This document shows, piece by piece, positions 9,197-18,029 of a stretch of 64,000 nucleotides of DNA; the stretch's first letter is position 1, and every line of letters starts with the position of its first letter. The notes beneath the pieces are model-generated. The model was not told where the DNA came from, searched no databases, and saw nothing but the letters and a program-made list of their open reading frames with translations. The translations under genes and the position numbers were made by a program. This DNA comes from an uncultured Clostridia bacterium (GTDB lineage: Bacteria; Bacillota; Clostridia; TANB77; CAG-508), in the NCBI GenBank assembly GCA_944387555.1, contig CALXFH010000002.1, positions 12,041-76,040 on the forward strand. The letters run 5' to 3'.

Positions 9197-10812
9197 GGTA
9201 AGTCTCCTTCTATTTTAATTGTAACTATTCCTCCGTCTTTTTGCCCTGCTGTAGAAACTACATTATTTAAAATAACGTCTGTTTTTAATCTTGCTACAAA
9301 AAATCCTAATTGTTCATATTTATTAGATTGTGCATTTATAACAATATGTGTTCCTGTATCGTTTTCAATTGATGTTAATTGTACATTTTCTGGTATTATT
9401 GACATTATTTGATTTAATAAATTAGGTATTGCATTTCTTGTCCTATTTCTATCTGTAATTCTATCATTAGCATCTTGTAAATTTTGTATCATTGTTGTAT
9501 ATTCATTTGTTTTTGATTTTATTTGTTCATTATCTTTATTTGCTAATTCAATTTGACTGTTCGTATGTGTAATTGAATCATCAGCTTCTTTTTCTTTTTG
9601 CTCTATTTGGTAATTTAATACTCCAGAAAATCCACTATAAATTACAACTAATAGAAATAACGCTATTGCTATCCTTATTAAACTCTTTTCTGTTTTATCT
9701 AATTTTTGTCCTAAATCCCAAGTGAAAAATCCACCTAAGTTCTTTTGTTCTTTTTTAGTTTTACCTGGATTCACCTCTATTTTTAGCCATGATGGTATCT
9801 CATCAGCAAGCGTTTTCTTTTTGAAGTTCATTCCTGTTACGCCTTCACCAAGTCCCATCAAAGCTATAGAAATAGCTGAGTTCACTTCAATATAGTCTTT
9901 TAAGCTTATATCTCTTGTTCTATCTATAAAATATGGTTTTAATATTTCACATTCTGAATCTGTTAAATATTCTTGGAAATATAAATCTATATTGTTTATT
10001 AGTGCTCCTGAACCAGTAATATATACTTTTTCTATTTTATCTGTATAACTATTTATAATCTTACTTACTTGACTAACTATATTATATAATGTAGGCATTA
10101 TATCATCTAAATAAGCTTGTTGCTCTGCTTGTAATTCTCTTCCCTCTGAAGTATATATAGTAGTATTCTTACATATCTCATAAGATTTAGAATAAGAATT
10201 TTCTTTCTGATTAATCTTAGATAAGATATCACTACTTCCTTCTTCTAATATATCAATATTAAATATTTTTCCTCCAATAATTGTTGTTATTACTGTATCA
10301 TCTTCAATATTAACAATTATACAGTTTTCATCTTTTCTTACTTGTATTAAGTTTGGTATAGACATTGAAATAGGAGAAATATTTGCTAAATGATATCCAT
10401 CTACTTCTTGTATCCTTTTATTTAATTCAATCTTATTATCTGCAATATGAATAATCTTGATTTTATCTTTATCCAATTGATTATCAACAACTGCATATCT
10501 TGTTTCAAATACATTTGGATTATAGCCTTTATCTGTACAATAAGACTCAAATTCTGTTTTTATTGCTTTTTGTAAATCCTTTTTTGTAAGTAGTGAAAAC
10601 ATATCAAAATAATTATACATTTCTTCTGACAAATTTACACTTATTGGAGTTTTTTGGCTATATGTTTCTTCGATTATTTGTGTTATAGCATCTCCAATTT
10701 TATCATAGAACTTGATACCAAATGATTCTACTTTTAAATTGTCATGATCTTTTGATACTTTCGCATATTTAATTAGATGTTCTTGTATATATAGTCCTAG
10801 ACAACTTGACAT
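9193..10812 (-). CDS. pilM: PilM-PilN fusion (actin-like pilus assembly ATPase fold plus TM/coiled-coil PilN-like C-terminus)
   Basis: 539 aa. N-terminal ~340 aa resemble PilM, followed by TM helix IRIAIALFLLVVIYSGF and a coiled coil. First gene of the locus. Confidence 0.65.
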   Translation of the reverse strand: MSSCLGLYIQEHLIKYAKVSKDHDNLKVESFGIKFYDKIGDAITQIIEETYSQKTPISVNLSEEMYNYFDMFSLLTKKDLQKAIKTEFESYCTDKGYNPNVFETRYAVVDNQLDKDKIKIIHIADNKIELNKRIQEVDGYHLANISPISMSIPNLIQVRKDENCIIVNIEDDTVITTIIGGKIFNIDILEEGSSDILSKINQKENSYSKSYEICKNTTIYTSEGRELQAEQQAYLDDIMPTLYNIVSQVSKIINSYTDKIEKVYITGSGALINNIDLYFQEYLTDSECEILKPYFIDRTRDISLKDYIEVNSAISIALMGLGEGVTGMNFKKKTLADEIPSWLKIEVNPGKTKKEQKNLGGFFTWDLGQKLDKTEKSLIRIAIALFLLVVIYSGFSGVLNYQIEQKEKEADDSITHTNSQIELANKDNEQIKSKTNEYTTMIQNLQDANDRITDRNRTRNAIPNLLNQIMSIIPENVQLTSIENDTGTHIVINAQSNKYEQLGFFVARLKTDVILNNVVSTAGQKDGGIVTIKIEGDLP

Positions 10813-11000
10813 TTTTTTCTCCTTTTTATTTTATTCTTATTTTTTGCATTTGTAAAAAAATCATACTAGAATATATTTTACATTATTCTATTTTTTTCTT
10901 GTCATTTAAACTCAGATACAGTTATATTTTATAATTATTTAGCAAAAAGTCAATACATTTAATATAACCGTAATGTAATTGTAATATTATTGTAATAATG

Positions 11001-12437
11001 TCATTTTTTACCTTTTTTTACCAACTTGCAAATAAAAAATCCATCTGTTTTTTCATTCTGATACACTTCTAAAAATCTGTTATTTACTAAGTATTTTTCA
11101 AAGAAATTTTCTTCTGTTTTTTCCTCTAAAATTCTATTAATTTCCTCTAATTTAAAATTTAAATTTTTTTCTAAAAATTTTTCTATTAAATTTCGGTTTT
11201 CTTTTTTAAATATACTACAAGTTGAATAAACTAACTCACCATTTTCTTTCAAATATTTAGAACATGTATTTAAAATATTAAATTGTAATTTTGATATTTC
11301 TTCTATATCTTCCCTTTTCTTTTGCCATTTTATATCTGGTTTTCTCTTTAACACACCAATCCCTAAGCATGGAACATCTAAAAGTATTTTATCAAATTTA
11401 TTTTTATATTCATCTTTATATATACTTGCATCTTCAACTTTTGTATTTATTATTTTGATTCCTAATCTTTTACTATTTTCATCTACTAACTTTGTTCTGT
11501 GTTCATGTATATCCCAAGCTTCAATATGACCTTTATTTTCCATTATTTCTGCCATGTATGTAGTCTTACCTCCCGGACTACTACAGCTATCTAAAACCTC
11601 TTCATTTTGTTTTGGGTTTAAAACTAAAGCTGTTAATCCTGCAACTTCATCTTGAACAGTAAATAATCCTTCTTTAAAACTCTTCAAATTCTCCATTCCA
11701 CTTGCTTTTTCTAAAATAAGAAAATCTTTTAATATTCCATCATTTGCTTTTATTCCTTCTTTATTTAAAATTTCTTTTAATTCTTCTTTATTAGTTTTTA
11801 AATTATTTACTCTAATAGAAACTTTTGGTCTTATATTAGAATTTTTACAAATATCTAATATTTTATTATTATCTAAACCATCTTCTTTTAATTCTTCAAT
11901 TATCCATTTTGGCATGGAAGTAGTTTTAGATATTCTATCTATCTCATCTTTTTCATTAAAAAGTTCTTTATAATCATTTTCAGAAACATTTCTAAGTATT
12001 GCATTTGTAAAACCAATGCTTCCTCTATTTCCGTATCTTTTAGCTAAGTTCACACCTTCATTTACAGCTGCTGATTTTGGTATTTTGTCCAAAAATATTA
12101 TTTGATAAATAGACATTCTCAAAATATTTAAAATCCATGATGATATTTTCTTTAATCTTATTTTAGAATGTCTTTTTATTATTGCATCTAAAGTTAGTCT
12201 CCATGTTGTAACCCCATAAACAATTTCAGATATTAAACCAATATCCTTCTTATTTAATATGTCTTTATTTTTATTTATCATTTCATTTAAAGAAATATTA
12301 GAATATGCTTCATCTTTATCAATTTTATAAAGTATTTTTAGTGCTACTTCTCTTGCTTTATCTACCATAATCTTTGTTGGTATATTTAATAAAATACACC
12401 ATACGCCCCTTTCTTTTTTGTTTTTAATTTCTTTCAT
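11001..12437 (-). CDS. rsmB: 16S rRNA (cytosine-C5)-methyltransferase RsmB/Sun (NusB-like N-terminus plus SAM MTase); start codon uncertain
   Basis: Motifs DSCSSPGGKTT, DKILLDVPCLGIGV and YSTCSI. The internal Met MVDKAREVAL is a possible true start. Confidence 0.8.
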   Translation of the reverse strand: MKEIKNKKERGVWCILLNIPTKIMVDKAREVALKILYKIDKDEAYSNISLNEMINKNKDILNKKDIGLISEIVYGVTTWRLTLDAIIKRHSKIRLKKISSWILNILRMSIYQIIFLDKIPKSAAVNEGVNLAKRYGNRGSIGFTNAILRNVSENDYKELFNEKDEIDRISKTTSMPKWIIEELKEDGLDNNKILDICKNSNIRPKVSIRVNNLKTNKEELKEILNKEGIKANDGILKDFLILEKASGMENLKSFKEGLFTVQDEVAGLTALVLNPKQNEEVLDSCSSPGGKTTYMAEIMENKGHIEAWDIHEHRTKLVDENSKRLGIKIINTKVEDASIYKDEYKNKFDKILLDVPCLGIGVLKRKPDIKWQKKREDIEEISKLQFNILNTCSKYLKENGELVYSTCSIFKKENRNLIEKFLEKNLNFKLEEINRILEEKTEENFFEKYLVNNRFLEVYQNEKTDGFFICKLVKKGKK

Positions 12438-12533
12438 TATATAATTTTTATATTTTATTTTCTACTATTTTTGTATATTTTTTCTTCTAATTGGAGAAGA
12501 TATTTTTAAAAGTTCTATTTTGGAGGTTTAGGT

Positions 12534-12752
12534 ATGGATATAAAAAAACATTTAATAATTACAGGAAATTCTACTGTTTCTTGGAAAGATGCTATTGTTA
12601 AAGCTATAGCAGAAGCATCTAAAAGTATTGACTATCTATCTGAAGTAAAAGTTTTAGAACAAAGAGCTACAATTGATGGAGGTAAAATTTCTGAATATTT
12701 TGTTGATATTGATTTAAGCTTTGTAATTGATGTAAATCGTAAGAATAATTAA
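12534..12752 (+). CDS. dodecin-family flavin-binding protein
   Basis: 72 aa; ITGNSTVSWKDAIVKAIAEASKSI...V.E.......GKI.EY.V....SF matches the dodecin pattern. Confidence 0.6.
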   Translation: MDIKKHLIITGNSTVSWKDAIVKAIAEASKSIDYLSEVKVLEQRATIDGGKISEYFVDIDLSFVIDVNRKNN

Positions 12753-12765
12753 AGGAGGTAATTTT

Positions 12766-13230
12766 ATGGACCCTTTAGAAAGTAAAAAAACTTATCAAGA
12801 CTATGTTGATAAAAAATCTCCCAATTCAAAAATCTTAAAAAATTGTTTTAACGCATTTTGGGTTGGTGGATTAATTTGTACAATTGGACAAGTTATTCTT
12901 AATATATGTAAAGAACGTGGTTTTGATACACAAACTTCTGGTACAATTGTTTCCATTTTATTAATTGGTATTTCTGCATTTTTAACTGGCCTTAATTTAT
13001 TTAATAAAATAGGAAAATTTGCAGGAGCAGGCTCTTTAATTCCGATTACTGGTTTTGCTAACTCTATTGTTTCTCCTGCTATGGAATATAAATCAGAAGG
13101 ATATGTTATGGGTGTTGGTGGAAAAATGTTTACAGTTGCAGGACCTGTTTTAGTTTTTGGTATTTCTGCTTCAATTTTAGTAGGTATTATTTTCTTAATT
13201 TTTAACACTCAAAGTGTAACATTAGTTTGA
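12766..13230 (+). CDS. spoVAC: stage V sporulation protein AC
   Basis: 154-aa membrane protein with typical SpoVAC sequence (FWVGGLICTIGQ..., PITGFANS), followed by spoVAD and spoVAE. Confidence 0.85.
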   Translation: MDPLESKKTYQDYVDKKSPNSKILKNCFNAFWVGGLICTIGQVILNICKERGFDTQTSGTIVSILLIGISAFLTGLNLFNKIGKFAGAGSLIPITGFANSIVSPAMEYKSEGYVMGVGGKMFTVAGPVLVFGISASILVGIIFLIFNTQSVTLV

Positions 13231-13260
13231 GACAAAATAGGCCTGTCCCCTTTTGTCTCA
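13228..13260 (+). repeat. palindromic hairpin element tgagacaaaa-N13(gtcccc)-ttttgtctca, copy 1
   Basis: Perfect 10-bp stem that begins at the spoVAC stop codon. A related copy in the opposite orientation lies at 23466-23498. Confidence 0.7.
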
Positions 13261-13279
13261 AAAGTTAGGAGATGATTTT

Positions 13280-14282
13280 GTGGAAAAGATTGGTAAGCAA
13301 ACTATAAAATTTGATAACCCTCCAACAATTCTAGAATGTAGTAGTATTGTTGGTCCTAAAGAAGCCCAAGGGCCTTTAGCAAAATATTTTGACCAAACTT
13401 TAGAAGATGAATTTTGGGGTGAAAAATCTTGGGAAAAAGCTGAAAGTAAAATAATAAAAGAAGCAACTAATATGGTTATTTCTAAATCTGGTATATCTTC
13501 ACAAGATATAGATTGTGTTTTTGCAGGTGATTTATTAAACCAATGTATTTCTTCTAGTTTTGGTTTAAGAGAAATAAATCTTCCTTTTTTTGGTGTTTTT
13601 GGTGCTTGTTCAACTTTTGTCGAGTCTTTATCTTTAGGTGCAATTTGCACTGAAAGTTTTGCAAAACATGTTTTATGTGCTACTTCTAGTCATTTTTGTA
13701 GTGCTGAAAAACAATTTAGATTTCCTTTAGAGCTAGGAAACCAAAGACCACCATCTAGCCAATGGACTGTAACTGGTAGTGGTGCCGCTATTTTAGCAAA
13801 AGATGGTAATGGACCTTTTATTACTCATATTACCCCTGGTAAAATTGTTGATATGGGAATTAAAGATGCTAATAACATGGGAGCTGCTATGGCACCAGCT
13901 TTTGCAGATACATTAATTACACATTTTACTGATACAGGTAGAAGTCCTAGTTATTATGATGCAATTATTAGTGGTGATTTAGGTCATATTGGTAAAGATA
14001 TCGCAATTGATATTGCTAAATCTAAAGGATATAATATTAAATCTAATTACAATGACTGCCGGAGTTCTTATTTTTGATAAGAATTCACAAGATACTCATT
14101 CAGGTGGAAGTGGTTGCGCTTGTTGTGCTACCGTATTTTCTGGTTACTTATTTAAACAATTAAGAGAAAAGAAATTAAAGAAAATACTTTTAATTGCTAC
14201 AGGTGCATTGATGAATTCCACAAGTTCTCAACAAGGCGAGAGTATTCCTGGTATTGCTCATGCAATTAGTATTGAACTTTAA
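13280..14282 (+). CDS. spoVAD: stage V sporulation protein AD, split by an in-frame CGG (14060-14062) that needs a +1 shift
   Basis: Thiolase-like SpoVAD sequence. Skipping the C gives NYNDC-G-VLIFDKNSQDTHSGGSGCACCATVF. Preferred start is GTG 13280 after AGGAG; the ORF-track TTG 13253 lies inside the hairpin. Confidence 0.85.
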
Positions 14283-14331
14283 ATATTTTTATCAATATAT
14301 ACAAATTAATAAATAAAAAGGAGGGCTATTT

Positions 14332-14724
14332 ATGGATATAAATTGGGCTAATGTTTTTGAAATTTCTTCTTTATTAAAATGTTTTATAGTTGGTGGATTA
14401 ATATGTGTTATTGGCCAAATATTAATTGATAAAACTAAACTTACTCCTGCAAGAATTCTTGTTATCTTTGTAACAACAGGTTGTATCTTAGGTGGACTTG
14501 GAATTTACCAATACTTAGTTGATTTTGCAGGTGCTGGTGCTACTGTTCCACTTACTGGTTTTGGAAACAATTTAGCAAGAGGTGCTATTGAAGCTGTTAA
14601 AGAAAGTGGATTAGTTGGTGCTTTTACAGGAGGTGTAAAAGCTGCCGCTGGTGGTATTGCTGCTGCTGTTTTCTTTGGTTACCTTGCTGCTCTTATTTCA
14701 AAACCAAAAATGAAAAAACAGTAA
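14332..14724 (+). CDS. spoVAE: stage V sporulation protein AE (SpoVAEB-type)
   Basis: 130-aa membrane protein paralogous to SpoVAC (GGLICVIGQ, PLTGFGN), third gene of the spoVA cluster. Confidence 0.8.
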   Translation: MDINWANVFEISSLLKCFIVGGLICVIGQILIDKTKLTPARILVIFVTTGCILGGLGIYQYLVDFAGAGATVPLTGFGNNLARGAIEAVKESGLVGAFTGGVKAAAGGIAAAVFFGYLAALISKPKMKKQ

Positions 14725-14725
14725 A

Positions 14726-14772
14726 TTAGGGACGTTTCTTTTTGCGCATTTTTGCGCATTTGGGGACACATC
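14726..14772 (+). repeat. 47-nt intergenic repeat, copy A (contains tandem TTTGCGCATT x2)
   Basis: ttagggacgtttctttttgcgcatttttgcgcatttggggacacatc. Its reverse complement recurs at 16566-16612 with few mismatches. Confidence 0.75.
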
Positions 14773-14789
14773 ATTTAGACAAAAAAAAT

Positions 14790-14816
14790 AAAGTGCAAAT
14801 GCACTTTAATTTTTTG
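14790..14816. terminator. bidirectional intrinsic terminator between the spoVA operon and rplT
   Basis: aaagtgca-aa-tgcacttt flanked by A-run and T-run. Confidence 0.5.
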
Positions 14817-14830
14817 CTCTTTTAATTTAA

Positions 14831-15181
14831 TTAAGCTTTTTTAGCTATTTCAGCAATTTCTGTAAAAGCTTTTGGATCTGATACAGCAATTTCAGCTAGC
14901 ATTTTTCTGTTTATTGCAACATTTGCTTTTTTAAGTCCTGCTATCATTTTGCTATATGTTGTTCCATTCATTCTTGCTGCTGCATTTATTCTTGCTATCC
15001 ATAATTTTCTAAAATCACTCTTTTTCTTTTTTCTTCCTGCATAAGCATATGATAAAGATTTCATAACTGCTTGGTTAGCATTTCTAAATCTATAGCTTTT
15101 TGCTCCATAATATCCTTTAGCTTGTTTCAATACTTTTTTATGTCTTGCTCTTGTTGTTCTTGCTGTTTTTACTCTTGCCAT
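14831..15181 (-). CDS. rplT: 50S ribosomal protein L20
   Basis: [28 protein letters not shown]... is canonical L20. Confidence 0.95.
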   Translation of the reverse strand: MARVKTARTTRARHKKVLKQAKGYYGAKSYRFRNANQAVMKSLSYAYAGRKKKKSDFRKLWIARINAAARMNGTTYSKMIAGLKKANVAINRKMLAEIAVSDPKAFTEIAEIAKKA

Positions 15182-15208
15182 TATAATTCACCTTCCTTTG
15201 ATTTCTTA

Positions 15209-15412
15209 TTAGTTTCCATATGGTAATAATTTCTTAATTGTTTTTTCGCATGTCTTATCTGCATATGCGTTTTGGATTTTTCCTGATTTCTTTTGTCTTT
15301 TTGTTTTATTTGCTAATAAATGTCTTCTGTTTGATTTTGTTCTTTTTACTTTTCCTGTAGCTGTTAAAGAATATCTCTTTTTAGCTGCTTTATTTGTTTT
15401 TAATTTTGGCAT
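15209..15412 (-). CDS. rpmI: 50S ribosomal protein L35
   Basis: MPKLKTNKAAKKRY... is canonical L35, located between infC and rplT. Confidence 0.95.
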   Translation of the reverse strand: MPKLKTNKAAKKRYSLTATGKVKRTKSNRRHLLANKTKRQKKSGKIQNAYADKTCEKTIKKLLPYGN

Positions 15413-15453
15413 AACTAAAACTCCTTTCGCTTTTTTTATTTATTTTAGCAGAA

Positions 15454-15969
15454 TTATTTTTCTGCTTTTTTAGCTAAAATTATAAACATGTTTCTACCTT
15501 CTAATTTAGGTTTCTTTTCAACAGTCGCAACATCTTCTAGTCCTTCTATAAACTTATTTAGAACTACTTCTCCTGCTTTAGAGTTATTAATTTCTCTTCC
15601 TCTAAATCTTACAGTTATTCTTACTTTGTTGCCATCTGATAAAAATTTCTTTGCATTTTTCAATTTAAAGCCAAAGTCATGTTCTTCAATATTTGGAGTA
15701 ACTCTTATTTCTTTTACTTCTAATGTTCTTTGCTTTTTCTTTGCTTCTTTTTCTTTTTTTGCTTGTTCAAATTTGTATTTTCCATAGTTCATTATTCTAC
15801 AAACTACTGGTTTTGCATTTGGTGCAACTAATACTAAGTCTAGGTTTTTATCCCCTGCTTTTTCTAATGCTTCGTTTAATGGCATTACTCCTAGTTTTTC
15901 ACCATTTTCTCCAATTAATTGAACTTCCTTTGCTCTAATTTGTCCGTTGATAGGTAATTCTTGTTTTAT
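15454..15969 (-). CDS. infC: translation initiation factor IF-3, probable non-AUG (ATA) start
   Basis: IKQELPINGQIRAKEVQLIGENGEKLGV... is canonical IF-3. GGAGGTG lies 8 nt upstream of ATA at 15969-15967. The upstream part of the ORF-track ORF covers the RBS and attenuator. Confidence 0.85.
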   Translation of the reverse strand: MKQELPINGQIRAKEVQLIGENGEKLGVMPLNEALEKAGDKNLDLVLVAPNAKPVVCRIMNYGKYKFEQAKKEKEAKKKQRTLEVKEIRVTPNIEEHDFGFKLKNAKKFLSDGNKVRITVRFRGREINNSKAGEVVLNKFIEGLEDVATVEKKPKLEGRNMFIILAKKAEK

Positions 15970-15985
15970 AAAAAACACCTCCAAT

Positions 15986-16117
15986 AATAAAAAAATTTGA
16001 CTTTTGTTACAAGTCAAATTAAAACACAAATTTAGTAATTACTTACTAAACCTTATTTAATTCTAACCCTTTTCCTTAACTTAGATGGGGTGAGAAGTTT
16101 TACTTCTTCTTGTAACG
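15986..16117 (-). promoter_or_regulatory. L20-leader-like 5-prime UTR with an intrinsic terminator/attenuator just upstream of infC
   Basis: Minus strand aatttgactt-gtaacaa-aagtcaaatt followed by a T7 run (15986-16020), directly before the infC RBS. Same architecture as the Firmicute infC-rpmI-rplT L20 attenuation leader. Confidence 0.5.
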
Positions 16118-16123
16118 TATAAT

Positions 16124-16153
16124 ATTATATACTATCCAAACCACTTTTGTCAA
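16124..16153 (-). promoter_or_regulatory. sigma-A-type promoter of the infC operon
   Basis: TTGACA (16153-16148), 18 nt, then TATAAT (16129-16124) on the minus strand. Confidence 0.5.
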
Positions 16154-16297
16154 GTGGTTTTTGAAAGTTTTTTTCTATAGAAATAAAAATTAATTTCATT
16201 TTAATTTTTTAAAGTTTCTTTACTTTAATTTTCCCCATTTTGTTGCCATTTCTTAGAAAATACGGTATAATGTTTACGGAAATTTAAGGAGGAGCTT

Positions 16298-16558
16298 ATG
16301 GAAGAAGTTAAAATTGGAAGAGTTTACAGACATTTTAAAGGAAATTACTATTTTGTAGAAAATATTGCATACGACTCGGAAACCAAGGAAAGAATGGTAG
16401 TATATAAACCATTATATGAAAGAGAAGATGGTCGCTTAATTTGGGTTAGACCTGAGAAAATGTTTTTAGAAGAAATACCTGAAAGACCAGATAACATAAC
16501 AGGTCAAAAGGTAAGATTTGAATTAGTAAAAGATATTGAAAAAGATTATTTAAAATAA
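16298..16558 (+). CDS. DUF1653-family small protein
   Basis: 86 aa with YRHFKGNYY...Y.PLY pattern typical of DUF1653; GGAGG RBS. Confidence 0.55.
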   Translation: MEEVKIGRVYRHFKGNYYFVENIAYDSETKERMVVYKPLYEREDGRLIWVRPEKMFLEEIPERPDNITGQKVRFELVKDIEKDYLK

Positions 16559-16565
16559 ATTGGAA

Positions 16566-16612
16566 GATGTGTCCCAAATTGCGCAAAAATGAGCAAAAGG
16601 AAACGTCCCCAA
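16566..16612 (-). repeat. 47-nt intergenic repeat, copy B (inverted relative to copy A)
   Basis: The reverse complement ttggggacgtttccttttgctcatttttgcgcaatttgggacacatc aligns with 14726-14772. Confidence 0.75.
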
Positions 16613-16632
16613 TTTAGCATTGGAGGTAAATT

Positions 16633-17925
16633 ATGATTGATATTAAATTATTACGTGAAAATCCTGACTTAGTTAAGGAAAATATTAAAAAGAAATTTCA
16701 AGATGAAAAACTTGTTTTAGTTGATGAAGTTTTAGATTTAGATGTTAAAAACCGAGAAGCCAAATTAAATGGAGATAACTTAAGGTCTGAAAGAAAATCT
16801 TTAAGTAACCAAATTGGCTCTCTAATGAGAGAAGGTAAAAAAGAAGAAGCTGAAAAAGTAAAAACTCAAGTTAATGAAATTAATACTAAATTAGAAGAAA
16901 ATGAAAAGTTAGAACACAAATATTCTGAAGAAATAAAAGTAAGAATGATGAAAATACCAAATATAATGCACGAGTCAGTTCCTATTGGTAAAGACGATAG
17001 CGAGAATGTTGAGATTGAAAAATTTGGTGAGCCTGTAGTTCCAGATTATGAAATTCCATATCATGGTGAAATTATGGAAGCTTTAGGTGGACTCGATTTA
17101 GATAGTGCAAGAAGAGTTGCAGGACAAGGTTTCTACTACCTAATGGGTGATGTTGCAAGATTACATTCAGCAGTCCTAACTTACGCTAGAGATTTTATGA
17201 TTAATAAAGGCTTTACTTATTGTATCCCACCTTTTATGATAAGATCTGATGTTGTAACTGGTGTTATGAGTTTTGAAGAAATGGATGCTATGATGTATAA
17301 AATTGAAGGTGAAGATTTATATTTAATTGGTACTTCTGAGCATTCAATGATTGGTAAATTTAAAGACCAAATTCTAAAAAAAGAGGACATGCCATATACT
17401 ATGACTTCATACTCTCCTTGTTTCAGGAAAGAAAAAGGTGCTCATGGTATTGAAGAACGTGGTGTTTATAGAATTCACCAATTTGAAAAACAAGAAATGA
17501 TTGTTGTTTGTGAACCTGAAGATAGTTGGAAATGGTATGATAAAATGTGGTCATACACAGTTGAATTCTTTAGAAGCATGAATATACCTGTAAGAACTTT
17601 AGAATGTTGTAGTGGAGATTTAGCAGATTTAAAAGCCAAATCTTGTGATGTAGAAGCATGGAGCCCTAGACAGAAAAAATATTTTGAAGTTGGAAGTTGT
17701 TCTAACTTAACAGATGCACAAGCTCGTAGACTTGGTATTAGAATAAAAGGTGAAAATGGAACTTATTTTGCTCATACTTTGAATAATACAGTTGTTGCTC
17801 CACCTAGAATGCTTATTTCTATTATGGAAAATAATTATCAGCCTGATGGAAGCGTAATTATTCCTGAAGTATTAAGACCATATATGGGTGGACTTGAAAA
17901 AATAGAACCAAAAGTTAATAAGTAA
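16633..17925 (+). CDS. serS: serine--tRNA ligase
   Basis: 430 aa; N-terminal coiled-coil arm plus class II core (FRKE, GVYRIHQFEK, TLNNTVVA). Confidence 0.95.
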   Translation: MIDIKLLRENPDLVKENIKKKFQDEKLVLVDEVLDLDVKNREAKLNGDNLRSERKSLSNQIGSLMREGKKEEAEKVKTQVNEINTKLEENEKLEHKYSEEIKVRMMKIPNIMHESVPIGKDDSENVEIEKFGEPVVPDYEIPYHGEIMEALGGLDLDSARRVAGQGFYYLMGDVARLHSAVLTYARDFMINKGFTYCIPPFMIRSDVVTGVMSFEEMDAMMYKIEGEDLYLIGTSEHSMIGKFKDQILKKEDMPYTMTSYSPCFRKEKGAHGIEERGVYRIHQFEKQEMIVVCEPEDSWKWYDKMWSYTVEFFRSMNIPVRTLECCSGDLADLKAKSCDVEAWSPRQKKYFEVGSCSNLTDAQARRLGIRIKGENGTYFAHTLNNTVVAPPRMLISIMENNYQPDGSVIIPEVLRPYMGGLEKIEPKVNK

Positions 17926-18029
17926 AAAAATAATAAAAATTAAATATAAAATAAATTTTAAAAAGAAAACTCTGTAGTTATCAATTTGATAAAATATATA
18001 AATTATTCAAAGAAAGGGTTGAAAGTACC

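Noticed and set aside
13253-13279. TTG 13253 as the spoVAD start
   Set aside because: It lies inside the palindromic hairpin. GTG 13280, 8 nt after AGGAG, fits better and matches where SpoVAD homology begins.
14726-16612. Invertible DNA switch formed by the 47-nt inverted repeats
   Set aside because: There is no adjacent invertase, the enclosed genes are essential housekeeping genes with their own promoter, and the repeats look like members of a dispersed family. It is kept only as a low-priority check.
16559-16632. T-box leader upstream of serS
   Set aside because: Only 74 nt are available, and they are occupied by the 47-nt repeat. That is too short for a T-box, and no specifier or T-box sequence is visible.
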